Assembly (NCBI RefSeq): GCF_009914755.1
Contig: NC_060929.1
Source: the human T2T-CHM13v2.0 reference genome, Homo sapiens
Length of the DNA stretch: 64,000 bases
Strand: one strand, 5' to 3'
A model generated the notes under the pieces. That model searched no databases and was not told where the DNA came from. It was given only the letters and a program-made list of their open reading frames with translations. A program made the translations under genes and the position numbers. This document shows, in pieces, positions 47,782-64,000 of the stretch (positions are counted from its first letter, which is position 1; each line of letters starts with the position of its first letter).

Positions 47782-49435
47782 TGCCCAGGCTTGAGTAGGT
47801 AAACAAAGTGGCTGGGAAGCTCTAACTGGGTGGAGCCCACCGCAGCTCAAGGAGGCCTGCCTGCCTCTGTAGACTCCACCTCTGGGGGCAGGGCATAGCC
47901 AAACAAAAGGCAGCAGAAACCTCTGCAGACTTAAATGTCCCTGTCTGACAGCTTTGAAGAGAGTAGTGGTTCTCCCGGCACACAGTTTGAGATCTGAGAA
48001 CTGACAGACTGCCTCCTCAAGTGGGTCCCTGACCCCCAAGTAGCCTAACTGGGAGGCACCACCCAGTAGGGGCAGACTGACACCTCACATGGCCGGCTAC
48101 TCCTCTGACACAAAACTTCCAGAGGAACAATCAGGCAGCATCATTTGCTGTTCCTCAATATTCGCTGTTCTGCAGCCTCCACTGCTGACACCCAGGCAAA
48201 CAAGGTCCGGAGTGGACCTCCAGCAAACTCCAACAGACCTTCAGCTGAGGGTCCTGGCTGTTAGAAGGATAACTAACAAACAGAGAAAGGACATCCACAC
48301 CAAAACCCCATCTGTATGTCACCATCATCAAAGACCAAGGGCAGATAAAACCACAAAGATGGGGAAAAACAGAGCAGAAAAACTCAAAATTCTAAAAATC
48401 AGAGTGCCTCTCCTCCTCCAAAGGAACGCAGCTCCTCACCAGTAACGGGACAAAGCTGGATGGAGGATGACTTTGACGAGTAGAGAAGAAGGATTCAGAT
48501 GATCAAACTTCTCTGAGCTAAAGGAGGAAGTTCAAACCAATGGCAAAGAAGTTAAAAACCTTGAAAAAAGATTAAATGAATGGCTAACTAGAATAACCAA
48601 TGCAGAGAAGTCCTTAAATGACCTGATGGAGCTGAAAACCATGGCATGAGAACTATGTGACAAATGCACAAGCCTCAGTAGTCGATTCGATCAACTAGAA
48701 GAAAGGGTATCAGTGATGGAAAATCAAATGAATGAAATGAAGCGAGAAGAGAAGTTTAGAGAAAAAAGAATAAAAAGAAACAAACAAAGCCTCCAAGAAA
48801 TATGGGACTATGTGAAAAGACCAAATCTATGTCTGATTGGTATACCTGAAAGTGATGGGGAGAATGGAACCAAGTTGGAAAACACTCTGCAGGATATTAT
48901 CCAGGAGAACTTCCCCAATCGAGCAAGGCAGGCCAACATTCAAATTCAGGAAATACAGAGAATGCCACAAACATACTCCTCGAGAAGAGGAACTCCAAGA
49001 CACATAATTGTCAGATTCACCAAAGCTGAAATGAAGGAAAAAATGTTAAGGGCAGCCAGAGACAAAGGTCAGGTTACCCACAAAGGGAAGCCCATCAGAC
49101 TAACAGCTGATCTCTTGGCATAAACTCCACAAGCCAGAAGAGAGTGGGGGCCAATATTCAACATTCTTAAAGAAAAGAATTTTCAACCCAGAATTTCATA
49201 TCCAGCCAAACTAAGCTTCATAAGTGAAGGAGAAATAAAATCCTTTACAGACAAGCAAATGCTGAGAGATTTTGTCACCACCAGGCCTGCCCTACAAGAG
49301 CTCCTAAAGGAAGCACTAAATATGGAAAGGAACAACCGGTACCAGCCACTGTAAAACCATGCCAAATTGTAAAGACCATCAAGGCTAGGAAGAAACTGCG
49401 TCAACTAACGAGCAAAATAACCAGCTAACATCATA

Positions 49436-53186
<3,751 letters not shown>

Positions 53187-53648
53187 CAAGGACAAAAAAC
53201 CAAATACCACATGTTCTCACTCATAGGTGGTAATTGAACAATGAGAACACATGCACACAGGAAGGGGAGCATCACACACCGGGGCCTGTTGTGGGGGGGA
53301 GGGATAGCATTAGGAGATATACTTAATGTTAAATGACAAGTTAATGGGTGCAGCACACCAACATGGCACATGTATACATATGTAACAAACCTGCACGTTG
53401 TGCACATGTACCCTAAAACTTATAGTATAATAAACAAAAAGTAAAAAATAAAAAAAAACAAAAAAAACTGCATTAACATAGATGTTGCATTTTTTTTCAG
53501 GAATTATCTAATTGAAGGGGTGGTTAACAGAATTTGGGAAGGAACACATATTACCTGTGTAAATGGAGAATTTTAATTGTCAACAACTGAATAGAAAATT
53601 GGGCAGGTGTGCACATATATATATATACACATATATGAGAGAGAGTGA

Positions 53649-54012
<364 letters not shown>

Positions 54013-55149
54013 CCTGGAAAAGACATTTTTAAAAACAGAATATGTTAGGAAGAATAAAAAGGAATGAGCATAAGGCTTTCCTTCCTGGTGCCACCTAAGT
54101 GTTCACAGTAAATGAAAATAAATGAGTCTTTTACACTGGTAGCCAAAGTCCTTTGACAAAGCTTTGTCACGGTGTCAGTGCTATATGATTGTTCAATTAA
54201 TAAATCTGGAAAGATGTGCAGAAACTTAACAGTTGTTACTTCCAGAGGCAGAAGCTGGCAGGCTACAGAAGAGGAAAAGACAAGTCCAGATTTCGGTGTG
54301 CATTCTTCTGTACCTCGTGAATGTCCTACAAGTGTGTTATTCCTGATGTCTTTACTGTGATTATTTTTAAATAAAAAAAACTAATACCCCCAAATGCTGG
54401 TAGAAAACAAACATTTCAATTTGCTAATGCTTCACAGGGACAAGAATTCAGGTAAGACACAGAAAAGATAGCTTATTGGTCCTTGTTGATGTCTGGGGAC
54501 TGCAGAGAAGTCTTATGAAGCGGGACTGAATCCACAGCAGGAGGTTGGAATCATCTGGATATGCCATCATGCACAGGTCTGCAGAGGAACTTGGGCTTGG
54601 CTGGAGAACTTACATGACTACCACCCACACTTCCACACCCACTCAGCCCAGCTGCAGCAGCTTGGCCAAGATAATGGGCGCTCCTGCTCAAACGAGATTT
54701 CCCAGCTTTTGCGGAGTTCATCACCAGCCTCGCTAGCAGCGAATTCCCACTTCTATGCAAAGGAAACTGCCAACGAGGTTACAATCAATTTTTTTTTTTC
54801 CTAGAGTGAGGCCTGGCCGGAAAAGGGCAGGCCATCCTAGTGGCCTGTGAATGACCTTGTGAGGGTCACCAGGCCCCCTCGGCTGCAGGGCTCCAGAGCC
54901 CTCCCCTGGCCGACTACATCATGCACTGGCCCTAGCCTGGGGTGATGAGGCCAAGGCATCACCAGCTTTGACCCTGATGCCTCTGGCCTGGGCAACTGTC
55001 CCCTGTGCACTCAGCAATGCACATGCTAATTTAATCCAATCTGTCAGCCCAGGCACCTGGAGCGGAAATGGCCTGCCCACTTTTGCCCCACCCCAGCCCC
55101 TTTTCAACATTAACCTTGAGAGTTTGTGGCGCGTTCTTTGTGAGTGGGC

Positions 55150-55330
55150 CAGCTCCAGGTGCTTCACCCACATCGCGTACTTCATCAAAACCACTGTCAG
55201 AGGTAGGGCCTGTTAGGATCACTGTCTCACAGAGGAGGAAACTGAGGCAGAGACCGGGTAGGTACCCCAACTGAGGACACACAGAGAATAAGCTAGGATG
55301 GAACCTGCTGGCAGGCCCGGACTCCTCTGC
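55150..55330 (-). mobile_element. MIR
   Basis: acagaggaggaaactgaggcagaga core. Confidence 0.65.
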
Positions 55331-56324
55331 TCAGTGACAGCCACGCAGAGAAGCCAGGGCACCTTAAGCTGCCATCCCTGTGCCACTTACCCACCTGCTT
55401 GTGGCCCAGGCCAAAAACATCCCCATAAATAACCATCCGCAGCTGCCCTCAGCCTCCTCTAGAAGGCAGGTGCCCCAGAAGCTTCCTCACAAGCTCTTTG
55501 ACATTTCAGCGATATGTGGGTGGCTGAGGAGCCCTGAAACCAGGTGAAGGTCTGGGAAGGTGAGACGGGGGATTTAGCTCAGGCAGTGCCCTCTGGCAGG
55601 GGCAGGCACTGCAATGGGCACCTACTTGGGAGGAACACCTGACGTGGTTTTCCCGATGCTCGATGCTCGGGGCCTCACACTCATCCTTGCTGGACATAGA
55701 GAACTAACTGAGCTTCGAGGGGTCCTTCCCTCAGACCTGCCAGGTCCTGGTGCCACCAAACACTTAAGAATGTGGACGTGACAAAGTTAAAGAGGTGAGT
55801 GCCTGTGCACACCAGTGACATGGGACTTACAGCTGGGGACGGGTCAGGGCAGCCCTGGGGGAGCAGCTGCCATATGGGGCACCCCCTGCAGTGACAGTAT
55901 CAGATGTGTCTCCACCTTCCCAGGGTAGACTGTGGGGTAAAGCTGGGCTCCTCTGAGACCCACTGCAGCTCTGGGGCAGAAAGGGGTCTGGATATATCGT
56001 CATCACAGGCTGAGAGGAGCAATGTGGGTGATGTGGCAGTCAAGGTCCCAGGCGGGGCTGACATGGACTCTGGAGCAGAGTCCAAGGGGAGCTTGGGAAG
56101 TGAGCACAAAAAGGCCTGAGGGTCTGTTGGGGTGGAGGGTAAAAAGAAATCTGGAAACCTCTAGAGCAGATTCCAGCCCAGCACAGACTGAAGGTCACAC
56201 AAGCCCAGGGCACAGCCAGGCAGCCCAGTGCTGGGGCACAAGTCCCCTGCATCTGCACACTGCTATACAACCTCAGAAACCTCAATTAAAACAGACCTCA
56301 ACTTCAAGAGCAAAAATTTCCATA

Positions 56325-59260
56325 GCTGCTCTGGGCCCAGTGAGATGGCATGTGAACATGTGGCCTGGGGCCAAGGAGGATAGCTGTGAACACCTGTGCC
56401 GGGACCAAGGAGGATGGCTGTGGACACCTGGGCTAGGCCCAAGAGGACAGCTTGGAATAACTGGGATGGGCCCAGAACGTAGGGCTACGAACACCTGGGC
56501 TGGCCCCAATGTGGACAGCTAGAAACCGCTGGTATGCGCTCAGGAGTTCTGTTCATTTTGGCTGAGCCAAAGGAAGACACGTGTGAACATCTGCACTGGG
56601 CCTAATTAAGACAACGGTGAACAGATGGGCTGTCCCCATTGAGGATGTCTGTGAAACCCTGGCCTGGGACCATGGAAACTGCTGGAAACAACTGGGAGAA
56701 GTCCTGTGACAAAAGCCATGAACACCAGGGCTAGGCTCAATGGGGACAGGTGTGGACACCTGGGCTGGGCCCAGTGTGGATGGCTGTCGGTACCTGGGAT
56801 GGCCTCTATGAGGGTGGCTGGCTCCAATTAGCACACGTGTAAGCAAACTGGCTGGCCTTGATGAGGACGGCTAGGGACATCTGGGCTGGCTGTCACGTGG
56901 ATGACAGAGATCTTCTTGGCTGGCTTAGATGAGGACCACTGTGAACACCGGCGCAGGCCTGGATGAAGACAGCTGGGAAGCCCTGGGCTGGAAACAATGA
57001 AGACAGCTATGAACAGGTGGCCTGGGGCCAGTGAAAATGGCTCTTAACCCTGGGCTTGATGTTACTGAGGGGTAGCGTGAACTCCTGGGCCTGCCTTGAT
57101 ATTGACAGCCATCAAAAACTGTTGCTATAATAAACTGAGTTCATACAAACAAGGAAGGCTGTGAACCCCTGGGCTGACCTTGATGGGGATGGCTGCAAAC
57201 ACCTGGCCTGGGCCCAGTGAGGACAGCTATGAAGTGCTAGGCAGGGCCCAGCGAGGTCAGCATGGAACTCCTGGGCTGGCCCAATAAGGATGTCTGTGAA
57301 CACTGGTCTGGCCCACTGAGGACAAGGACTAACACCTGGGCTAGCTACCAATGAGGATGGCTGTGAACGCCTTGGCTGGGCCCTCTAAGGATAGCTTGGA
57401 GTGTTTGGACTCGGCCCAGAGTAAACAGCTGTGAAGCCCTGAGCTGGGCCCAGTGAGGGTGGCTATGGAAACCTGGGCTGGGCCAGTGAGGACAGCTGTG
57501 AACACCTGGCCTGGGTCCAACGAGAACAGCTGAGAACACTTGGGCTAAGCCAATAAGGACAGCTGTGGCACCGGGGACGATTGCCCTGAAGACAGCTGTT
57601 AACATCGTGGCTGGTCGCCTTGAGCACAGCTATGAATGTCTAGGCTGGGCCCAATGAAGACAGCCAAAAACACCTGCCCTGGTTTCAGTGAGAGCCACTG
57701 TGAGCACTTGGGCCTGTCCCCATGAGGATGCCTATGAACAGCTGGCTGGGCCCAAGACGAATGGCTCTTGACACCTAAACTCAGCCCTAGAAAGATGCTG
57801 TGAACAACTGGGCTAATCCCACTGATGACGACTATTAACGCCTGGGCTGGGCCCAAGTGAGGGCGACTTCGGCTGGACCCGGAAAAAATGGCTGTGAACA
57901 CCTTGGCTTTGCCTGATGAAGATGGCTATGAACCCATGGCCTGGGCCCAATGAGGAAAGCTGTGAACACCTGCGCTAGCCCCAGTGAGGGAAGCTGGGAA
58001 AACCTGGGCTGGGCCCAGTAAAAGCAGCAGTGAACAACCAGGCTGGCCTCAGGAGGACAGCTTTGAACACTGAAACTGATCATGATGAGGATGGCTGTGA
58101 ATACCTGGGCTGGCCCAGATGAGGAGCACCATTAACTCCTGGGCTCGCCCCCAATTAGAACAGCCATGAACACCTGGTCTTGCTCAAGTAATGATTGCGA
58201 GGAACAACTAGGCTCAGCCAGTGAGGACAGCTGTGAACCCCTGCACTGAGACAAATGAGGATGGCTGGGAACACCTCAGCTGGCCCCAGTGAGGATGGCT
58301 ATGGATACCTGAGCTGTGCTCCATGGGGATGGCAATGTACACCAAGGTTCGGCCAAGTGACAGTTCTGAGAAACCTGGCTGACACCAGTGAAGACCGCTG
58401 TGAAAGCATGGGCTGCTCCCAGTTAAGACAGCTTTGCATACCCGGTCTGGGCCCAGTCAGATCGAGTGTCAACATCTGGCCTGGGGCCAAGGAGGATAGC
58501 TCTGAACACCTGTGCTGGACCAATGAGGATGGCTGTGGACACCTGGGCTGGGCCCAAGGAAACAGCTTGGAATAACGGATTGGCCCAGAATGCATGGCTA
58601 CCAACACCTGGGCTGACCCCAATGTGGAAAGCTATAAATACCTGATGTGGGCTCAGGAGAACAGCCTTGTTCCTTTTGGCTGAGCCCTGTGAGGCAGCTA
58701 TGGGCATCTGCACTTGGCCTAATAAAGACAACAGTGAACATCTGGGCCATCCCCATTGAGGACACCTGTCAACACCTGGCCTGGGACCATGTGAATTGCT
58801 CGGAACACCTGGATTAAGTCCAGTGAGGAAAACTATGAACACCCGGGCTATGCCCACTGAGGACAGCTGTGGACACATGGGCTGGCCCCAGTGAGGATGC
58901 CTGTAAATACCTGAGACGACCTCTATGAAGGTGGCTGGCCCCAATAAGCACGAGTGTGAACAAACTGGCTGGCCTCGATGAGGACGGCTAGGGACATCTG
59001 GGCTGGCTATCGTGTGGATGGTAAGAGAACACCTTGGCTGGCTTAGATGAGGACCACTGTGAACACCTTTGCAGGCCTGGATGAAGCCAGCTTTGAAGCC
59101 CCGAGCTGGGCACAATGAAGACAGGTATGAACAGGTCATCTGGGGCCAATGAAAACGGCTCTCAAACCCTGGGCTTGATGCCATTAAGGAGAATGGCGAA
59201 CACCTGGGCTTGCTTTGCTTTTGATTGCTATGAAAAACTTAGCTCATGCAAATGAGGACC
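56325..59260. repeat. Degenerate 33-34-bp minisatellite array (~2.9 kb)
   Basis: Consensus ~GCTGTGAACACCTGGGCTGGGCCCAGTGAGGACA; unit starts at 57462, 57495, 57529 and 57562. Confidence 0.9.
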
Positions 59261-59317
59261 TACAGTTGTGAGCCACTGTGCCCCGACCTACTTTGTATTA
59301 TTAAAACACATGCCAAA

Positions 59318-59655
59318 CCGGGCGTCGTGGCTCTTGCCTGTGATCTCAGCACTTTGGGTGGTGGAGACGAGTGGATCGAGGTCTGAAGTTCAAGGCCAGT
59401 GTGGCCAAGATGCTGAAACCCCACCTCTACTTAAAATACAAATACTACCCGGGTGTAGTGGCAAGTGCATGTAATCCCAGCTACTCAGGAGGCTGAGGCA
59501 GGAGAATCGCTTGAACTCGGGCGGCAGAGGTTGCATTGAGCCAAGATTGTGCCACTGCACTCCAGCCTGGGCAGCAGAGAGAGACTGTCTCAAAAAAACA
59601 AAATAAAACAAAAAACAAACAGAAAAACATGCCAATAGGATAAAAAAAAAAAAGA
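59318..59655 (+). mobile_element. Alu
   Basis: Diverged dimeric Alu with A-rich tail. Confidence 0.85.
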
Positions 59656-60727
59656 AAGACAAGTACTGAGCTTCAAAATGAGTTGAAATCTCCTTTCTGC
59701 CACTTCCTATATATAAAAAAACTATCCTAATCTCTTTGAGTCTCACGTTCTCTATCTAGAGAAACACTTGACCAGAATGTTTAACACAGGTTAAAGTACT
59801 AGAGGTTATTTTAATTGGTCCTATGATTCCTTAAAATTCTGTAATTCTATGTGCTTTTGATTCTGTCTATAAGAAAACTGGGAATACATAGTCAGCAGAT
59901 TTTGAAAAAATAATATAACAAAAGAAAGACCAAGAAAAGCAGAGAAGAAAGTTTTACAACATCAAGACAGGATTATAGAAATGTCATGGAAAAAGGAAAA
60001 AGTCTAAAAAAAAGTATTATGGAATTAAGCAGAAATACTAGCCTAAAGGGAAAACCAAACTGGGAAGTCAAATAATTTCTGAGACTTGTCTAATCTTGCT
60101 TTTGTAAAATTATAATCCTATGGCGAAACCTTTACTTTGCCCTAAAGCCTTTGATGGTAAAATAAGATATTGGCTACCACTGAAACTGTCAAATTTATGA
60201 GGAGAAACTCTTGGACTAACCACATTTCTAACAATAACCTTAAATGAGAGTTAACATACAACCAGATTTGACTGTCTAAATTAATCTGATTCAGACGTGT
60301 ACCTTGATCCAAGTGCTGCACAGATTTCTATCAACCTATGCTGAGGAGCAAGATAAGGGATCTGGAAGCCAGACAGGCTGATGGTTTAACTGTGGGTCAG
60401 CTACTTTGTTAACTACGGGGTCATGAGCCAATTAATCAACCTCTAAACCACAGTTGCCTATGTAATAAACAGTAGGTTATAAGAACACAGATGTTGCAAT
60501 GGCTTTATGGGATGATAAATGCATAGCACACAATAGGGGTTTAGCCCAGAATACAACACTCAACAGATATGAATCTCTTCCATCTATATTTCCTTAGTTA
60601 ACATATTTTTTTAAATCTGTAAAATCCTACCTGACTGCATATTCATCAGAACTCCCAGAATCTATTAAAGAAAAAGGTATACTGCATTATAAATCAATAA
60701 TAATTGTATAGAATATTAAAAGCATAA

Positions 60728-60850
60728 GAAGGCACAGTGATACATGCCTGTATTCCCAACTACTTGGGAGGCTGAGGCAGGAGGATCACTTGAGGAACCC
60801 AGAAGTTTGAGGCCAGCTTGGGAAACAGCAAGACTCTATCTTCACAAAAA
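60728..60850 (+). mobile_element. FLAM/Alu monomer
   Basis: Single Alu arm. Confidence 0.7.
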
Positions 60851-61264
60851 AGTTATGCACACTTGTGTGCAGACTTCAGACCATGTTTTTTTCTTTTCTT
60901 TTCTTTTCCTTTTTTAAAGCATAGGACTGATGCTTTGTTATATAGCATTCCTTTGGGAGCATAACCGGGACCTTATTAGAATTAATATTAATTATACCTA
61001 TTAGTAGATAATTAATGCAGTAAGAACTCTTACTTCCCTTACTTTGTATTTATTAAATGCAAAGAAGAATAAATTTATAAAATTTGATATCTACAAGTGA
61101 ACCGCAGTATACAAGTTATCCTAGCCAAACCCTGTGAGATTGACTAAAAATGGTATTGTTAGCAGAACAGGTGTGATGAATGAACAGTGTCAAAGAGCAT
61201 GATTTCAGGACCAAAACATGACGGGCAGTTCAAACAGAGTATACAGTAGTACCCCTTGTCCACT

Positions 61265-62050
61265 GTATGTGTGGAAAAGACACATTTGACCTGTTTTTCT
61301 CTGCTGTCACGTCACAGCAACAATCATCAACAAAGAAGTCTCCTGTGACAAAACGTGTGGAGGGTTTTTCTCCACCAACAAGTAAGCAATCATTTCTGCA
61401 GATGACACAAACTGGGCATCCTCTAAGTCAATTCTCACACTCTATCTGCAGATAGCATCAGATTGCACAGGTAAAGGGCTCAGTCCCATGAAACTGCCTC
61501 CCTACATCAGTCGTAGGTCTGAAACTCCAGAACTTCTGGCCAACTGTCTTCAAATTGGGGTTCCCAGGACTCCCTCTTTGGGTTAAATTGAATTGCTAGA
61601 GTGGCTCAAAGTACTCAGGGAAACACATTTACCAGTTTTCTATGAATGACATTACAAAAGATACAGATGAAGAGATGCATAGTGCAAAGTATGGGGGAGG
61701 TGGCACAGAGATTCCATGCCCTCCCAGGACACACCACCCTGTAGGAGCCTCCATGCATTCAGCCATCTGGAAGCTCTCCAAGCCCAGTCACTTTGGGTCT
61801 TGATGAAAGCTTCATTATATTGGCATCACTGATTAATCACTGGCCTTTGGTGACTGACAACCTTCAGCTCTTCTCTCCTCTCCAGAGTCTCCTGAATGAG
61901 ACAGAAGATCTCAACACTCTAATCAATCATGTCTTCAGGATGGTGACCAGTTCCCATCCTGAAGCTACCTAGGGGCTTCCAGCCATGGATCATTAGCATA
62001 CAAAAAAACATCACTTTGGAAATCCTAAGGATTTTAAGAATTGTACCCAA
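61265..62050 (-). mobile_element. MER21-like LTR
   Basis: gatagcatcagat...agggctcagtccc and ctagagtggctca...actcagggaaacac motifs. Confidence 0.7.
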
Positions 62051-62422
62051 CAAATGAGTTAAGATCCAGAGATTTTACATCTGCAGTTTTGATTTCTGTG
62101 GTTACAGTTACTAATAGTCAACTGTATTCCAAAAATATACACGGAAAACTCCAGAAATAAAGAGGTCATAAGTTTTAGTGTGCCATTCCGAGAAGCACAG
62201 TGAAACCGTCAGCACCCTCTATCCAGCCCAGGATGTGAATCGTCCTGCAGTGCACCCACACTGCACATGCTGTCCACCCGTTAGTCATCAACACGGTCTC
62301 CTCCTGTACCCTGCCGCCAACATCAAGGCCTGACTATCTAGGATCACGTCATTCACCTCAGTTCATCTCATTACATGGGCATTGTATCACTTCACATCAT
62401 CACAAGAAAAAGGGTGAGAACC

Positions 62423-62778
<356 letters not shown>

Positions 62779-64000
62779 TTATTACAGTATAATTTTTTAT
62801 TTTATTGTTCATTTCTTACTGTGCCTAATTTATACATTAAATATTATCATGGTTATGTATGTGTAGGAAAAACCAGTGGGTGATTCAGTACTATTTGTGG
62901 TCTCAGGCATTCACTGGGGGTGTCTTAGAACGTTATCTCCCATAGTTAATGGGGAACTACTGCACTTATTTTGTTGTAACACAACACAGCCTCTCTAGCT
63001 CTTCAGTTAAAACTTTTCAGTTTAGAATAAAACTCCCTATCACCAGCAGCCAGCAGAACATAGGAATCAGACCAGCAACAGGGATCCTTGCAAAAACTTT
63101 CCAGCTGCCAGTGGAGAAGAGCTCAAGAGAGCTCAATGTGTTACTCTGGATACTACTCTTCTGGGGAAGGTGCTGGGTGGTTTCCTTAGTTGTAGCTATA
63201 TACTCTGCCCTACGTATAACAAGGCCCAAATTCACCTGCCATTTTACCTCCCACAGAAAGAACCACTGGAAAGATCACTCCTTTAAGAGCTTATCCACTC
63301 GGAACCACGCCTCACATTCAGAGAGAAGCTTAAGAAACACCGGCGTGGTGTGCCAGGCTGCCAGGCAGTACTATATGATATGAAAAATATACAGAAAGAA
63401 AACTATCAATGCCCTCTTGCTGCCAGAATGTTCCAATGCTTGCCCCTTTCCCTAGTAGGAGAAAAAAATTCTTTTTCACCTCACACAAAGCAAAACTGCC
63501 GTCCCTCACGACACAGAATCTAGTTGCAGGTGAGTCATGTCATCATAACACAGACTGTTTTCAAACTCATCCCTCAAAGGAAGAGGATCAGTGAGGAACA
63601 TATGTATTTATCTATAACATTCACTGCCTGGTCTTATTTCCAACCCAAGGTAAGTATGAAAGACTTTGTGATTCCAGTTTTTTAAAGTACAACCTCTTGA
63701 GCTTCTCCCCTTCCATTGCTAGGGAGTCTATCTGGACCCACCTCACTGGAGCAAGATGCTCCAGTTTGTGCTGTGTGGTATTGCATGGTGTCATTTTCCT
63801 CAACCCTTTCCATTATGTGGCAAAGGCCTATACAAATCATGTTTCCTAAGTATGTAAAGCATATGTCATCAGACCTTACAAAGACAAAGAAGCTAAAGAA
63901 AAACAAAAGGACAAAGAACATCTTAAATGACTACATTCAATTACCATGGAACTTTACTTTTTTAACTATTCAAAAAGATATCCACTGTATTATTTCAACT

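Noticed and set aside
56325-59260. CRISPR-like array or repeat-protein gene (ORFs up to 253 aa)
   Set aside because: Units are contiguous with no unique spacers, there are no cas genes, and the DNA is primate. The 33-34-bp period rotates reading frames, so the ORFs are by-products.

Overview
This is primate (almost certainly human) genomic DNA from the 5q35 segmental-duplication family, not a prokaryotic locus. The main feature is a complete minus-strand FAM153 gene, most likely FAM153A. I reconstructed its 21 coding exons by hand (46684->17576, 1164 nt, 387 aa + stop, all GT-AG); its middle is eight tandem 'long exon + 25/31-nt microexon' modules. Downstream on the same strand are six decayed exons of an unprocessed CEP192 pseudogene fragment, and on the + strand an Alu-interrupted processed SEPHS1 pseudogene. 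About 650 bp upstream of the FAM153 ATG exon sits a full-length, dead L1PA4-like element whose antisense promoter and ORF0 face the gene. Further upstream are a ~2.9-kb degenerate 33-34-bp minisatellite with a higher-order duplication and a nested MER44/MER21/Alu cluster. Gene and repeat-family names come from recalled sequences, not database searches; repeat boundaries are approximate.
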